The notes under the pieces were generated by a model. That model had not been told where the DNA came from. It saw only the letters and a list, made by a program, of their open reading frames with translations, and did not search any database. 64,000 bases of DNA, taken from IMG/VR virus record IMGVR_UViG_3300018933_000001, positions 64,001 through 128,000 of that record. The stretch is one strand, 5' to 3'. Origin of the DNA: a virus. Positions 19,256-28,987 of the stretch are shown here, piece by piece (the first letter of the stretch is position 1; each line of letters opens with the position of its first letter). The position numbers and the translations under genes are program-made.

Positions 19256-19460
19256 AGCTACGGAATATAGATTGCAGTATCATCAAGTATTTCAAGTAAT
19301 GAATGCTACACAAGATGACATTATAAATTCTTTAGGAAATTTAATAGAAGATATGTTATCTGAAATGGAAAGTTTAGAAGAATATGCCTCAAAAGAGCAT
19401 CAAGCAAAAAGACTAAGACAAGAAGCTTCTGCTAGAACAGGTATTAAACTTGAAAAATAA
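19248..19460 (+). CDS. hypothetical helical protein
   Basis: AAGGAG RBS; LIEDMLSEMESLE helix shared with other accessory ORFs. Confidence 0.6.
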   Translation: MSKATEYRLQYHQVFQVMNATQDDIINSLGNLIEDMLSEMESLEEYASKEHQAKRLRQEASARTGIKLEK

Positions 19461-19926
19461 TATGACACAACAAATACACAATATCGGCATCAAACTTCTT
19501 CATCCAAATGCTCAAGTACCTAAGAAAGCTAATCCTACAGATTCTTGTTACGATGTTGTAGCTGTTAGAAGAGAAGAGTTATGGACAGATGATGTTTATT
19601 ATGGGGGTAGAATTTACGGGTATGAGTACCATTTAGGTTTTGCTTTAGATTTACCTTCAAATACTGAATTACAAGTAAGAGCAAGAAGTTCTATATTCAA
19701 AACTGGTCTTATCTTAAGTAATGGGATAGGGACAGGGGATGAAGGTTATACAGGAGAATATAGTGTAGTGTTCTACCATGTTGTACCTGAATTACCTCCT
19801 TATGAAGTTGGAGATAGAGTAGCTCAGATTATGTGTAGCAATAGAGCAGATATAGATTTCAATTTAGTAGAAGAGTTGCCAGATAAAGATAGAGGCTCAA
19901 AAGGCTGGGGAAGCACAGGTAATTAG
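19450..19926 (+). CDS. dut: trimeric dUTPase
   Basis: DSCYD, RARSS, NGIGTGDEGYTGE, GDRVAQ, RGSKGWGSTG. Confidence 0.93.
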   Translation: MKNNMTQQIHNIGIKLLHPNAQVPKKANPTDSCYDVVAVRREELWTDDVYYGGRIYGYEYHLGFALDLPSNTELQVRARSSIFKTGLILSNGIGTGDEGYTGEYSVVFYHVVPELPPYEVGDRVAQIMCSNRADIDFNLVEELPDKDRGSKGWGSTGN

Positions 19927-19948
19927 TAATCAAAACAGGAGAATAATT

Positions 19949-20146
19949 ATGGGAGTTAGACAAGCTATTGTTCGTGGATTTCTTAAACTAAACATTTTTG
20001 CTAGAACACCTCATGTAAAAGAAGAATCAGGGTTTATCTCAGAAGAAGAAGCTCTAGAAGAAATAATTGAGAAAGCTAAAAATACTGAAGAATACAAGGA
20101 ACATCAAAGAAAGAAAGATAAGAAGTATAATCCTTTTAACTTCTAA
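19949..20146 (+). CDS. hypothetical protein
   Basis: AGGAG RBS. Confidence 0.55.
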   Translation: MGVRQAIVRGFLKLNIFARTPHVKEESGFISEEEALEEIIEKAKNTEEYKEHQRKKDKKYNPFNF

Positions 20147-20168
20147 CTGAGTTACTAGCAAACCTATA

Positions 20169-20198
20169 GGCTCTCTACTAATACTGGGGAGCTTTTCT
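20169..20198 (+). terminator. probable intrinsic terminator
   Basis: ggctctcta-ctaatac-tggggagct then TTTT. Confidence 0.5.
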
Positions 20199-20199
20199 T

Positions 20200-20775
20200 A
20201 TGAACTCCACAACCTACAATTTACCCAACGCAGACATTATCTACTTCCCAGAATTCTTTGATAAAGATGACAGTTTCTATTTCTATACTAAACTCTTCAA
20301 CAGCATTAAATGGGAAACTAAAATTCTTAACTTTTCAGGTAGAGAAGTACCAATTCCTCGACTAACAGCTTGGTACGGAGAGAAACCTTATACTTATTCT
20401 GGGATGAAACTAGAACCTAATCCTTGGACATCTACTTTACTCGCTCTCAAATCTGCTCTTGAAAAAGAAGCAAATCATTCATTTAACAGTGTTCTACTAA
20501 ATCTCTATAGGGATGGTAAAGATTCTGTTGCTTGGCATTCTGACGATGAAAAAGAATTAGGTATAAATCCAGTAATTGCGTCTATTAGTTTCGGTGGTAC
20601 AAGGGACTTTAAGTTAAAACACAAATATGAAAATATCAAAGAAACAATAGAACTTACAAATGGTAGTCTTCTAATAATGAAAGGAGAAACACAACATTAT
20701 TGGCAACATTCAATCCCTAAGACTACGAAGAAAGTAGAACCAAGAATTAATCTTACTTTTAGGACTATTTACTAA
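20200..20775 (+). CDS. AlkB-family (ALKBH2/3-like) 2OG-Fe(II) dioxygenase
   Basis: PRLTAWYG, FNSVLLNLYRDGKDSVAWHSDDE, WQHSIPK, RINLTFR. Confidence 0.93.
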   Translation: MNSTTYNLPNADIIYFPEFFDKDDSFYFYTKLFNSIKWETKILNFSGREVPIPRLTAWYGEKPYTYSGMKLEPNPWTSTLLALKSALEKEANHSFNSVLLNLYRDGKDSVAWHSDDEKELGINPVIASISFGGTRDFKLKHKYENIKETIELTNGSLLIMKGETQHYWQHSIPKTTKKVEPRINLTFRTIY

Positions 20776-21263
20776 TGAAAACTTATAAACAGCACGAAAG
20801 TAGACTTGAATCAATAAGGTTATATATCAAAAGAGAAAGAGAAGATTATAGTCTTTATTCACCAGAAATGATAGATGAATACGACCAATTTGCTCAAGAG
20901 ATGTTAGAAACTATTCAAGAATTAGAGAAACAAACTAAGAGAACTAATAAGTTAATCTACAAGAAAAGAAAAAAAGATAGGTCAGATATTCCAATTATCC
21001 AAGAAGATTTTGTTAATGTTGGCTATTTAGATATTGATGAAGAGATAGTTTTTAATGAAGTTAGCTCCGAGTTTTTCTATTTAAATGATAGATTTAGCTT
21101 GACTTTTTATGTTAAGGAAAACAGAGAATTTGTTCCTTTCTATCCAAAGAGTTTAGTGTTAGAAGTGATTCAATCTCCTTCACAATTCAGTGATAAAGAC
21201 TTCTGTGCAGTGGGATTTATTGCAGATAATAACTACATTCCTTACGACCGAATTATTGAGTAG
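20775..21263 (+). CDS. hypothetical protein, 'VGYL' paralog family
   Basis: VNVGYLD..EEIVFNE...VGFI...IPYDR. Confidence 0.7.
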   Translation: MKTYKQHESRLESIRLYIKREREDYSLYSPEMIDEYDQFAQEMLETIQELEKQTKRTNKLIYKKRKKDRSDIPIIQEDFVNVGYLDIDEEIVFNEVSSEFFYLNDRFSLTFYVKENREFVPFYPKSLVLEVIQSPSQFSDKDFCAVGFIADNNYIPYDRIIE

Positions 21264-21271
21264 GAGGTTTT

Positions 21272-22687
21272 ATGCCAGATATATCCCAACAACTACTACA
21301 GTTAAGAAAAGAATTAGGATTTACACAAAAAGAATTAGCTAATTTAGTTGGTATTGACCAAACAATGATTTCTGATTACGAGCGAGGAAAGTTTATTCCT
21401 ACTCAGAAGACTATTAATAAATTTGCTAAGCAAGGAATAGTTATAGATTTAGACTCAAATCAAGTAGCACAAGTGAAAAATTATCAAACCAGAGAAAGTA
21501 ATAAGGAGCAAGAAATGATAAACATCCCAAAACAAATCATAAACCTAAGAGAAAACTTATGTCTTAATCAAAGTTCTTTTGCTCGAAAGATTGGAGTTAG
21601 CCCAACAACTTTATGCGAGATTGAGTCTGGTAAAAGAGATATATCTGCTACAACTTTGAAAAAGATAAAAGATAAGGTAGGGGTAGATTTAGAGGTAAAC
21701 GTCCCAACTAACATCCAAATACAAACTGCTGCAAAAGAAATATCTGATAAGTTTGGGATTACTTGGTTTGACAATAAGGAAGAAGAAACAATGAGTCAAG
21801 AAATAGGTCACGTAAGATTTACTTTCAATATTGAGAATGAAATCTTTGAACTAATCTACTCTTCTTATAAAGAGACAAGGGAAACTACTCACATTTATAA
21901 TCTTATTCTCAATCAAGAATACTTTGACTTTACTAAGTTTCTATCTAAGAAATATCCAAATCAAATTAGAAATCTAGAAATACAAAACATCCAAAAGGTT
22001 TTGTTATTAGTCTCTAGTAATAAAACTAACTATTTCTACACTCTAAAAATTGTAGGAGCTGGTATGACAGGAATTGTTACTTTTAAACCTTCTAAATTTG
22101 AAGACGTGATAGAGAAACCAGATATGAGAGAAGAACCTATTATAAGAGCAGTAGTAGAGAAGAAAAAAGAAGAATCAAATCCTGAACGAAACATCCTTAT
22201 TCTCTGTCAAAAAATTATTCAAATCCGCGACGTATTCAACGAGTTGCTAGAACAAGCAGAAGCAGTAGTTCAGCCAATTGCAGATAAACAAATCGAAGAT
22301 AAAGTTAAAAAAGAACAAGAGAAGAAAGAACCTAAAATAGTAGAAGTAGTTCACAAAGCTTTTAAACAAGAAGTAGGGACTATTAATTATATCCAAGTAG
22401 GAACAGTTAATGATAAGAATCAAGTAATATTTAACACTCCTCCATTATCAGAAGCTAAATGTAAAGAGAAACAAAAATATCAATGGAAAACTTATCACTT
22501 AGCTTTTATTTATCAAACTGTCTGGACTTATAATAGTGGGGAAACTAAAGCAGGACAATTTAAAGAGTTTGTCCCTACTAATAAGATTCAAGAAATTGAG
22601 TCTACGGATGGCAGAGGAGTTATTGGTTATGTAGAATACAAAGCCGGAATAGTAGAAGTTATCTATTACGATAGATTTGTTGATTAA
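21272..22687 (+). CDS. double XRE-HTH protein with C-terminal 'VGYL' domain
   Basis: LRKELGFTQKELA..ISDYERG; LRENLCLNQSSFA..CEIESG; IQVGTV..QVIFN...IGYV..IYYDR. Confidence 0.8.
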   Translation: MPDISQQLLQLRKELGFTQKELANLVGIDQTMISDYERGKFIPTQKTINKFAKQGIVIDLDSNQVAQVKNYQTRESNKEQEMINIPKQIINLRENLCLNQSSFARKIGVSPTTLCEIESGKRDISATTLKKIKDKVGVDLEVNVPTNIQIQTAAKEISDKFGITWFDNKEEETMSQEIGHVRFTFNIENEIFELIYSSYKETRETTHIYNLILNQEYFDFTKFLSKKYPNQIRNLEIQNIQKVLLLVSSNKTNYFYTLKIVGAGMTGIVTFKPSKFEDVIEKPDMREEPIIRAVVEKKKEESNPERNILILCQKIIQIRDVFNELLEQAEAVVQPIADKQIEDKVKKEQEKKEPKIVEVVHKAFKQEVGTINYIQVGTVNDKNQVIFNTPPLSEAKCKEKQKYQWKTYHLAFIYQTVWTYNSGETKAGQFKEFVPTNKIQEIESTDGRGVIGYVEYKAGIVEVIYYDRFVD

Positions 22688-22708
22688 TTACTAGAAGGGG
22701 AGAAGTAA

Positions 22709-23290
22709 ATGACATATAAACACTTTGAGTATGAAAAGCAACAGATAGCGAATAGTTGGAGTGCTGATGCTAATAATCAAGAACTCTGGAAATTAGTTCA
22801 AGATATGTTGACTTATATCAAAGAAAAGGAATCTGGGACTATTATAACTGAGAAAGAAGTACAGAAGAAAATGGAACAAGAAATCCTAATGAAAACAAGA
22901 GGGGTATACAAATATGTAACTTCTTGCTATTACAAAGATAATACATCTACTAAGAATGCTTTGGTTCAAGTAGGTTACTTAGATTTAGATGACAACATTG
23001 TTTTCAATGAGCCAGATAAAGAATTTGTAGGTAAGCCAGACACATTAGTTAGATATCTCCCGGGTTTCATGGTTAGAGGATATCGTAGTTGTGAGGAATG
23101 CGTACCGATTACCAACTCTCATAACGGTAAAGATACTAGAGAAATTAATGAAGTGATTAGTAATAGTAGCGTTATTCATTACTCTCCTTCTACTTATGGT
23201 AGCTCTCCTAAAGTAACTTATGCCATTATTGGTTACTTGAACGAAGACGGGGAACTTGTCTACTACAACCAAATAGCTAACAAAGAGTAA
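22709..23290 (+). CDS. hypothetical protein, 'VGYL' paralog family
   Basis: VQVGYLD..NIVFNEP...IGYLNEDGELVYYNQ. Confidence 0.7.
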   Translation: MTYKHFEYEKQQIANSWSADANNQELWKLVQDMLTYIKEKESGTIITEKEVQKKMEQEILMKTRGVYKYVTSCYYKDNTSTKNALVQVGYLDLDDNIVFNEPDKEFVGKPDTLVRYLPGFMVRGYRSCEECVPITNSHNGKDTREINEVISNSSVIHYSPSTYGSSPKVTYAIIGYLNEDGELVYYNQIANKE

Positions 23291-23393
23291 TTAGTAGTTT
23301 AAGAGAGGAGGTTACTAACTCTCTATTAGAAAAAGGAAGGAATAGTGACTAATCCAAACAATCCACTTAACTTAATAGAGTTCGATTTAGGGA

Positions 23394-23861
23394 GTGAAGA
23401 AGATGAATAATAAAGAAAGACTAAGAATCCACAAACTGCATTATGCTAGTTTAGCCGAAAAAATTAAAGATGATAAAGACTTAACTAATCTCATAGAATG
23501 GTTAATTTCTGACCTTGAATCTTATGTTAAAAGAGAAGAAGAGTTATTCGACATTGAGAATCACATTCTTCGGATTGATTATAGAGATTACAAGTTCAAG
23601 ATTTATTTAGACGCTGAAAGAAATACTTTAGTTGGAGATGTTCTACTAAATGATGAAATAGATGTAATTGGGTTGGAATCTGATTCTCTTACTAATTTAC
23701 TAAACGAACTGGAAAGCGAAGTAGACGAACAAATTAATTACAGATACCAAAGTCAACTAGCAAAAGAGATTATTCAATATCAAGACAGAATAAAAGAGTT
23801 AGAACAAGAGATAAAAAAGAAACAGTATTCTGAACCAATGTGGATTTATTGTGGAGGTTAA
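23394..23861 (+). CDS. protein with HicB-like domain
   Basis: DYRDYKFKIYLDAE..TLVGDV...DVIGLESDSLTNLLNELESEVDEQI. Confidence 0.65.
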   Translation: MKKMNNKERLRIHKLHYASLAEKIKDDKDLTNLIEWLISDLESYVKREEELFDIENHILRIDYRDYKFKIYLDAERNTLVGDVLLNDEIDVIGLESDSLTNLLNELESEVDEQINYRYQSQLAKEIIQYQDRIKELEQEIKKKQYSEPMWIYCGG

Positions 23862-23864
23862 ATA

Positions 23865-24089
23865 ATGATTACTAAGATAATGAAATTCAAATGTGAATGT
23901 AACGGTTACGTCTTAGTTCTTGAAGAAATAGAGAAAAACTGTTATAAAACTTTCTGCTATGAAATACCTTATTTCTGTGAAGAACTCTGGAAAGCAGATT
24001 TAAACACTATCATTGGTAGCTTTGTTCTAAAAGTATCAGGAATTAAAAGAAACGAAGAAAAAACAATCCGCATAGTTACTAGAGATTAG
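23865..24089 (+). CDS. hypothetical protein (degenerate HicB-like)
   Basis: ECNGYVLVLEE...C.EI...DLNTIIGSF. Confidence 0.5.
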   Translation: MITKIMKFKCECNGYVLVLEEIEKNCYKTFCYEIPYFCEELWKADLNTIIGSFVLKVSGIKRNEEKTIRIVTRD

Positions 24090-24117
24090 TCTTGTACCTT
24101 TCTTTTTAAGAAACACT

Positions 24118-24351
24118 ATGAGAAAACCTACTTTGCCTGAAGCTGCATTTTTAGCTGTTACTTCTACTACAGCGGTAGTATCTAGTGCAATTTTAGTACC
24201 AGAAATAGCTGAAGAAGTTGGACAAGCTATGCAACAAGCTGCTCAATCTTCAACTCCTGAAAATGATTTTAATAACGGGTATTTAGCTGGAGGTATTACA
24301 GTTGCTTCTGGTGTTGGAGCTGTAATGTATAAAAAAGCTAACGAACCTTAA
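24118..24351 (+). CDS. small Ala/Ser-rich membrane-associated protein
   Basis: Two hydrophobic segments. Confidence 0.55.
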   Translation: MRKPTLPEAAFLAVTSTTAVVSSAILVPEIAEEVGQAMQQAAQSSTPENDFNNGYLAGGITVASGVGAVMYKKANEP

Positions 24352-24462
24352 GTAAATAGTCAAGGGTGCATATATTAATCAATTAACTTAAGAGGATAAA
24401 TGGATTTCTGTAAAAAATAGTCGCTACAGAAGCTAGAAAAGGAATACTGAGGAGAAAACAGA

Positions 24463-24855
24463 ATGACTAAATATCAAGAGTTTCAAGAAAAAATGAAAAA
24501 TGTCCCTACTGTCTGTGGTTATGATTCCAAAGATGTAGTAGCACTAAAATATAAACAGTTATTAGAAAAAGTCTTAGAAGAATTCAAACTATTAGAAGAC
24601 AATTTAGAGTGGAGAAGAAAAGTTGAAGCTAAAGAATGGGGAGATGATGATATTGATTACTTTGAGTCAGGTGAAGAAAGAAAAGTATGGGATGAACTGA
24701 TGAAACAGAAAATAGAAGAAACTAAGACTAATCCACCTTGCCACAATCTAGTATCAAAAATACTCAAGAACAATCCTCAAGTAGTTGATGAGCTTTTTCA
24801 ACTGTTATCTGATTTCAAATTCAAAGTAGAAGAAGGTATTGGTGAGGAAGAATAG
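24463..24855 (+). CDS. hypothetical protein
   Basis: GAGGAG RBS. Confidence 0.65.
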   Translation: MTKYQEFQEKMKNVPTVCGYDSKDVVALKYKQLLEKVLEEFKLLEDNLEWRRKVEAKEWGDDDIDYFESGEERKVWDELMKQKIEETKTNPPCHNLVSKILKNNPQVVDELFQLLSDFKFKVEEGIGEEE

Positions 24856-24909
24856 AAAGAGTTATTAGGGTGCTTTTACTAAACTAACCAAAACAAGAGA
24901 TAGAAAATT

Positions 24910-25539
24910 ATGAAACCTCAAGAGCGACTAGAAAAACTTACAGAATCTATTGAAAAGACAAAAGAAATTATTAGACTAAATAAAAATATAGATGATTCTA
25001 CACCAATAGATTACTGGGAACTATGGTTAGACCAACAAGAATATGCAAGAAAAGATTTAGTACAAGAGATAGCAAAAGAGAGTAAAGAAATGAAAGAAGG
25101 ACTCAGAACCCTAAATACCTTAATTACTTACAAAGGCTACGAACTATTAGTAGAAGTAGTACATTTTATTCCTGAGAAATCTTATAACTTAGAGAAAAGA
25201 CATATTCCTAGTGGTTATACTACTTATGGTGGAAAATGCAAAGAGATTAATTTTGTTAAAGGTCTTTGTTTAGAACTTCATGAATTAGCAGATGAATTTA
25301 AGAAAGCTGTCAACGAGAAGCTGAAGCTAGACAAAGAAAAGATAGAAGAACCTAAAAATAAAACTGTTAACCATCTTAGAACACAATTAGATAGATTAGC
25401 TCAAAGAGATAAAGAAGTTAACTTTACACCGTTTGAGTTAAGAGGACAGTTAATAGAGATATATCATTTGTTTGGTAAGATTCTAGGTATAACTTTAGAT
25501 GATATTTATAGATACTACTTTGAGAGAGCTGAGAAATAA
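24910..25539 (+). CDS. protein with central HicB-like domain
   Basis: TYKGYELLVE...YGGKCKEI..VKG..L.EL..EFKKAVNE. Confidence 0.65.
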   Translation: MKPQERLEKLTESIEKTKEIIRLNKNIDDSTPIDYWELWLDQQEYARKDLVQEIAKESKEMKEGLRTLNTLITYKGYELLVEVVHFIPEKSYNLEKRHIPSGYTTYGGKCKEINFVKGLCLELHELADEFKKAVNEKLKLDKEKIEEPKNKTVNHLRTQLDRLAQRDKEVNFTPFELRGQLIEIYHLFGKILGITLDDIYRYYFERAEK

Positions 25540-25601
25540 ATAAGTAAAAGAGGGAGCTATTAAACTCCCTTAAACATCTTAAAAACTAAGAGGAATAAAT
25601 A

Positions 25602-25895
25602 ATGGCTAAGAAAGTATTTAAATATAGTGATGATAACGGCAAGTTTGTAGAAGTAGGAGTATTAACAGATAGCGAAGAAGTAATATTCCACGAACCAATT
25701 AGAGGAAGAATGACTTGTATTGCTCTGTATTATCCAGATTTCTACATTCAAAAAGAAGACGGAGAATATGATGAAGTATTACCTACTAAAATTAGAAGAG
25801 AGATTATTACTAATATAGAGGGGCTGAATTATACCCTTGGTTATATTGACCATAACGATAAAGTTGTATTTTATGACCAATATCTAGCTAACTAA
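25602..25895 (+). CDS. stand-alone 'VGYL' domain protein
   Basis: VEVGVL..EEVIFHEP...LGYIDHNDKVVFYDQ. Confidence 0.7.
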   Translation: MAKKVFKYSDDNGKFVEVGVLTDSEEVIFHEPIRGRMTCIALYYPDFYIQKEDGEYDEVLPTKIRREIITNIEGLNYTLGYIDHNDKVVFYDQYLAN

Positions 25896-25908
25896 TAGGA
25901 CAAAACTT

Positions 25909-26298
25909 ATGACTCTGGAATCTCTCACTGCTAAGTTACTTACAGACCCTGAAGTTAAGAGACATTACGAGGAGATGAAGATGGAATTTAACATTGCTAA
26001 AGAAATCATTAAACTTAGAACCAAGTTCGGATTAACCCAAAGACAATTAGCAGAGAAAGTAGGTATTAAACAACCTCAATTGGCTAGGATTGAAACAGGT
26101 AAACAGTTAGCTAGATTGGATACTTTGAAATTGATAGCTGAAAGTATGGGTTATTCAGTAGAAATCAGATTGGTTCCTCAAGAAACAGAACAAACAGCAG
26201 AAGAATTTGAAGAAGAGTATCATCGCAGAATAACTAGAGTAGAAAATGGAGAGGATGATGAGAATTGTTGGATTGAATATCCTACTAGAGAAGAATAA
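25909..26298 (+). CDS. XRE-family HTH regulator (antitoxin-like, no cognate toxin adjacent)
   Basis: LLTDPEVKRHYEE..IAKEIIKLR..GLTQRQLAE..QPQLARIETG. Confidence 0.85.
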   Translation: MTLESLTAKLLTDPEVKRHYEEMKMEFNIAKEIIKLRTKFGLTQRQLAEKVGIKQPQLARIETGKQLARLDTLKLIAESMGYSVEIRLVPQETEQTAEEFEEEYHRRITRVENGEDDENCWIEYPTREE

Positions 26299-26316
26299 CT
26301 TATTAGGAGAAAATAA

Positions 26317-26574
26317 ATGGTTGCTAGTTATATCAACGGTCAGAATGAGAGATTTTTTGTTATAGAAGACTACACTATTAATGGATTTAATATCCAAATA
26401 GATAAGAAAGAAGCTACTGAAGAGTTCTATGGTAAAATATATAACTCTTATGAGCCTTATGATTTAATCAAGACTATGAAAGATTTAGATTTAGAGAATC
26501 TAAAAAATAGTATTAAGGATTATACTTATAAGCTAATTTTATTAGGGAACTCTTTAATAATGAGTAATTACTAA
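26317..26574 (+). CDS. HicB-like domain protein
   Basis: TINGFNIQIDK...EFYGKI...DLENLKNSIKDY. Confidence 0.55.
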   Translation: MVASYINGQNERFFVIEDYTINGFNIQIDKKEATEEFYGKIYNSYEPYDLIKTMKDLDLENLKNSIKDYTYKLILLGNSLIMSNY

Positions 26575-26667
26575 TTTTTAAATAACTAATAGGAAGAGGT
26601 AGATTATTATTCAAGATATTTTTAGATTCTTTTCTAAATTTAACTGAAATAATAACTTACCATCCTC

Positions 26668-26730
26668 ACTGCTACTTTTTTATTAATCTCTGGGTATACC
26701 GACTTTAGAGATTCTAAAAAATTACCGCAA
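26668..26730. repeat. left 63-bp inverted repeat / palindromic site
   Basis: actgctacttttttattaatct-N19-agattctaaaaaattaccgcaa; abuts stop codon of helicase-like gene. Confidence 0.8.
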
Positions 26731-28518
26731 TTATTCTTCTAAGATTTCCATAACTTTAACTGTCTTTCCATCTATCCGGATACTCTTAGTTCTAGTAGAG
26801 CAATACTGAGTAACATCGCTAGCCTTACCTTTCTTGCTTAGATGTAATCGAGTATAAACGTCATTAACTACAGTTTTGAGATGAGGTAGAGTATAAACCT
26901 CTCCTACTACTAACAATCTGTTTAACTCAGATTTGATACACTGTTGAATATCTACGTTTTTAAACTTGAGTTCGTTCTTAAGTCTATCAGGTAGATAGTT
27001 AACAGCTTTCATTCTCTCAGCACCTAGCTGCTCATAACTTTCTTTGATGAGGGGGAATCTATCTCCTAAATAGACCCTCTCATTTTCATTTTCTATATAA
27101 CTAATGCAATTAGACTTAAAAGACTTACTGCTCAATCTATGAATAAAGCTATTCTCATTCTGAACGTTAACAAAGTCTTGGTCGTTAGCTAGTTCAAATC
27201 CAGCTTCAACATAAGCTTCTCTAACACTCAGACCATCATGATAAACGTTACTAGAGACTTCCCATCTTCTCTTATCATTGAGCATCATATACTTATTGAA
27301 GTAGAGTTCTCCATCTGTTCCTTTACTAATATAATTGTCATCAGAATAGCCGTATCTAGTATTGCTTTCCCAGTCTATTAAAAAAGCTTTCTGTTCAGAC
27401 TCATTACCTTTATGATAGAGAGATAGTAGATTAGTAGTTTGCTCTACTTTGGTTTTAATTAATTCATCAAACTCTTCTTGAGATAGCAAGCTAGCATCAG
27501 TATTATAAAGATGATAAATTTCCTTTCTGAACGGATTAGTAAGAGTTCTGATTCTACCAGCTATCTGTCTAATATCTGTATCAATACTAATTAAAGTGTT
27601 CTTATTTTGAGTGTTACTAACGACGTAGATAACTCCAGTTTCAGAATAGAAGTCGCATCCTTTAAATGCAGTAGATGTAATAAAGTTGAATTTCTTCTCT
27701 GGGTCAAGTGCTTTCTCTATCTGAAATATATCCATCTTGCTTTGGTTGACTTTGTTGTTAGCACAAATAACTCTAACTTCACTAGGACGTAAATCAGCAG
27801 CTTCAATGATGTTTAGAATAGAGTTAACTGAATTAACAAAGAAATAAGCAGATTTTGAATAATGACCGTTAGGCATTTTAATACCTTCATCACCAGCAGC
27901 TTTATAAGCTTCAATAATATTACAAGCTAACTGGTAAGGTTTATTAGTTTTCTTGCGTTCTACTTTGACTTTGGTGTATTCTCCCCAGTTAATCTGATAC
28001 TCATCTAATCCTTTCAAACATTCAGGATAATACTCAGACTTAATAGGAGTAGCAGAAATATAAGTAACATAATCAAATTCTTGAACTGAATTTAACAATC
28101 TATCTATTGCAGCATCTCTATATGAGTAAGCGTCTAGCAAATCAGAAAACTCATCTACTAAAACTCTGTATTTATCTTTGTTATTAGAAGATAACAGTCT
28201 CGAAACTCTATCAAAACTATCATAAGTAACCATTATCTTTGGGACTTTAGTAGTGTTGATATAGCTAACTAAATCTCTCTCTTTAATACCACCATAAAAA
28301 CCAAATATCTTCTCAGCTCTCCTTTTATTTGGATACTGGTCTACTTTGTTTCTAATTATCTCAATAGTGGGAACTGCTAAGATATAGGGGTTTTGGTCTT
28401 CAAGAGCTAATACTGATGCTCCTACACCAGTTTCGTGTTTATCAATTATACCTTTTGGTAGTTCAGTCATAAACTCTGAACAGTAACGGGAATTAGGAGG
28501 TGCGTCGATGATTATCAT
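26731..28518 (-). CDS. SF2 helicase-like protein (origin-binding-protein-like), degenerate Walker A
   Basis: TGVGAS (no Lys), LAVPT, TYDS, VLVDEF, ISATP, FFVNS, TSTAFKGCD, QIAGRIR. Confidence 0.8.
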   Translation of the reverse strand: MIIIDAPPNSRYCSEFMTELPKGIIDKHETGVGASVLALEDQNPYILAVPTIEIIRNKVDQYPNKRRAEKIFGFYGGIKERDLVSYINTTKVPKIMVTYDSFDRVSRLLSSNNKDKYRVLVDEFSDLLDAYSYRDAAIDRLLNSVQEFDYVTYISATPIKSEYYPECLKGLDEYQINWGEYTKVKVERKKTNKPYQLACNIIEAYKAAGDEGIKMPNGHYSKSAYFFVNSVNSILNIIEAADLRPSEVRVICANNKVNQSKMDIFQIEKALDPEKKFNFITSTAFKGCDFYSETGVIYVVSNTQNKNTLISIDTDIRQIAGRIRTLTNPFRKEIYHLYNTDASLLSQEEFDELIKTKVEQTTNLLSLYHKGNESEQKAFLIDWESNTRYGYSDDNYISKGTDGELYFNKYMMLNDKRRWEVSSNVYHDGLSVREAYVEAGFELANDQDFVNVQNENSFIHRLSSKSFKSNCISYIENENERVYLGDRFPLIKESYEQLGAERMKAVNYLPDRLKNELKFKNVDIQQCIKSELNRLLVVGEVYTLPHLKTVVNDVYTRLHLSKKGKASDVTQYCSTRTKSIRIDGKTVKVMEILEE

Positions 28519-28547
28519 TGAGTTGCGGAAGTTTTGTTTACAACTCT

Positions 28548-28556
28548 ATTGTATCA
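28548..28556 (-). promoter_or_regulatory. extended -10 promoter TGATACAAT for helicase-like gene
   Basis: TGn-TACAAT 30 nt upstream of start, between two repeat half-sites. Confidence 0.6.
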
Positions 28557-28589
28557 GAGATTATTTAAAAAGTAGCATCTTAAGAGAAT

Positions 28590-28652
28590 TTGCGGAACTT
28601 TTTATTAATCTGTGGGTTTAGTGGATTTAGCCAGTAATAAAAAAGTAACAGT
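28590..28652. repeat. right 63-bp inverted repeat / palindromic site
   Basis: Reverse complement actgttacttttttattactgg-N19-agattaataaaaagttccgcaa aligns ungapped with 26668-26730. Confidence 0.8.
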
Positions 28653-28682
28653 AAAAAGGAAACAGAATCTATTAATAATGAA

Positions 28683-28985
28683 ATGGAATACAGAGACTTT
28701 ACCTTACAAATTACAGTAGACTCAGATGATGAGTGTGTAATTGGAGAAATAAAACAGTTAGTAGGTTTAAATGAAAGTAAGTATAAGTTCTCAGCTAAAA
28801 CGATATCTGAATTAAAGAAAAAATTTTATCAGCTAATAGATGAAAGAATTGAGGAATTAGGGCAAGATGTCTTTGGAGATATTTACAGTGGAGGAGACGA
28901 TAAAGTTCCCCAGAAGTTATTAGATATTTTAAAGACTGACTACGACGAGTATATGATGATGAATCCTAAATTCTATTTATTTTAA
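28683..28985 (+). CDS. HicB-like antitoxin N-domain protein
   Basis: MEYRDFTLQITVDSDDECVIGEI...FSAKTISELKKKFYQLIDE matches HicB MEYKGY..F.G.T..EL..F...VD pattern. Confidence 0.7.
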   Translation: MEYRDFTLQITVDSDDECVIGEIKQLVGLNESKYKFSAKTISELKKKFYQLIDERIEELGQDVFGDIYSGGDDKVPQKLLDILKTDYDEYMMMNPKFYLF

Positions 28986-28987
28986 AC

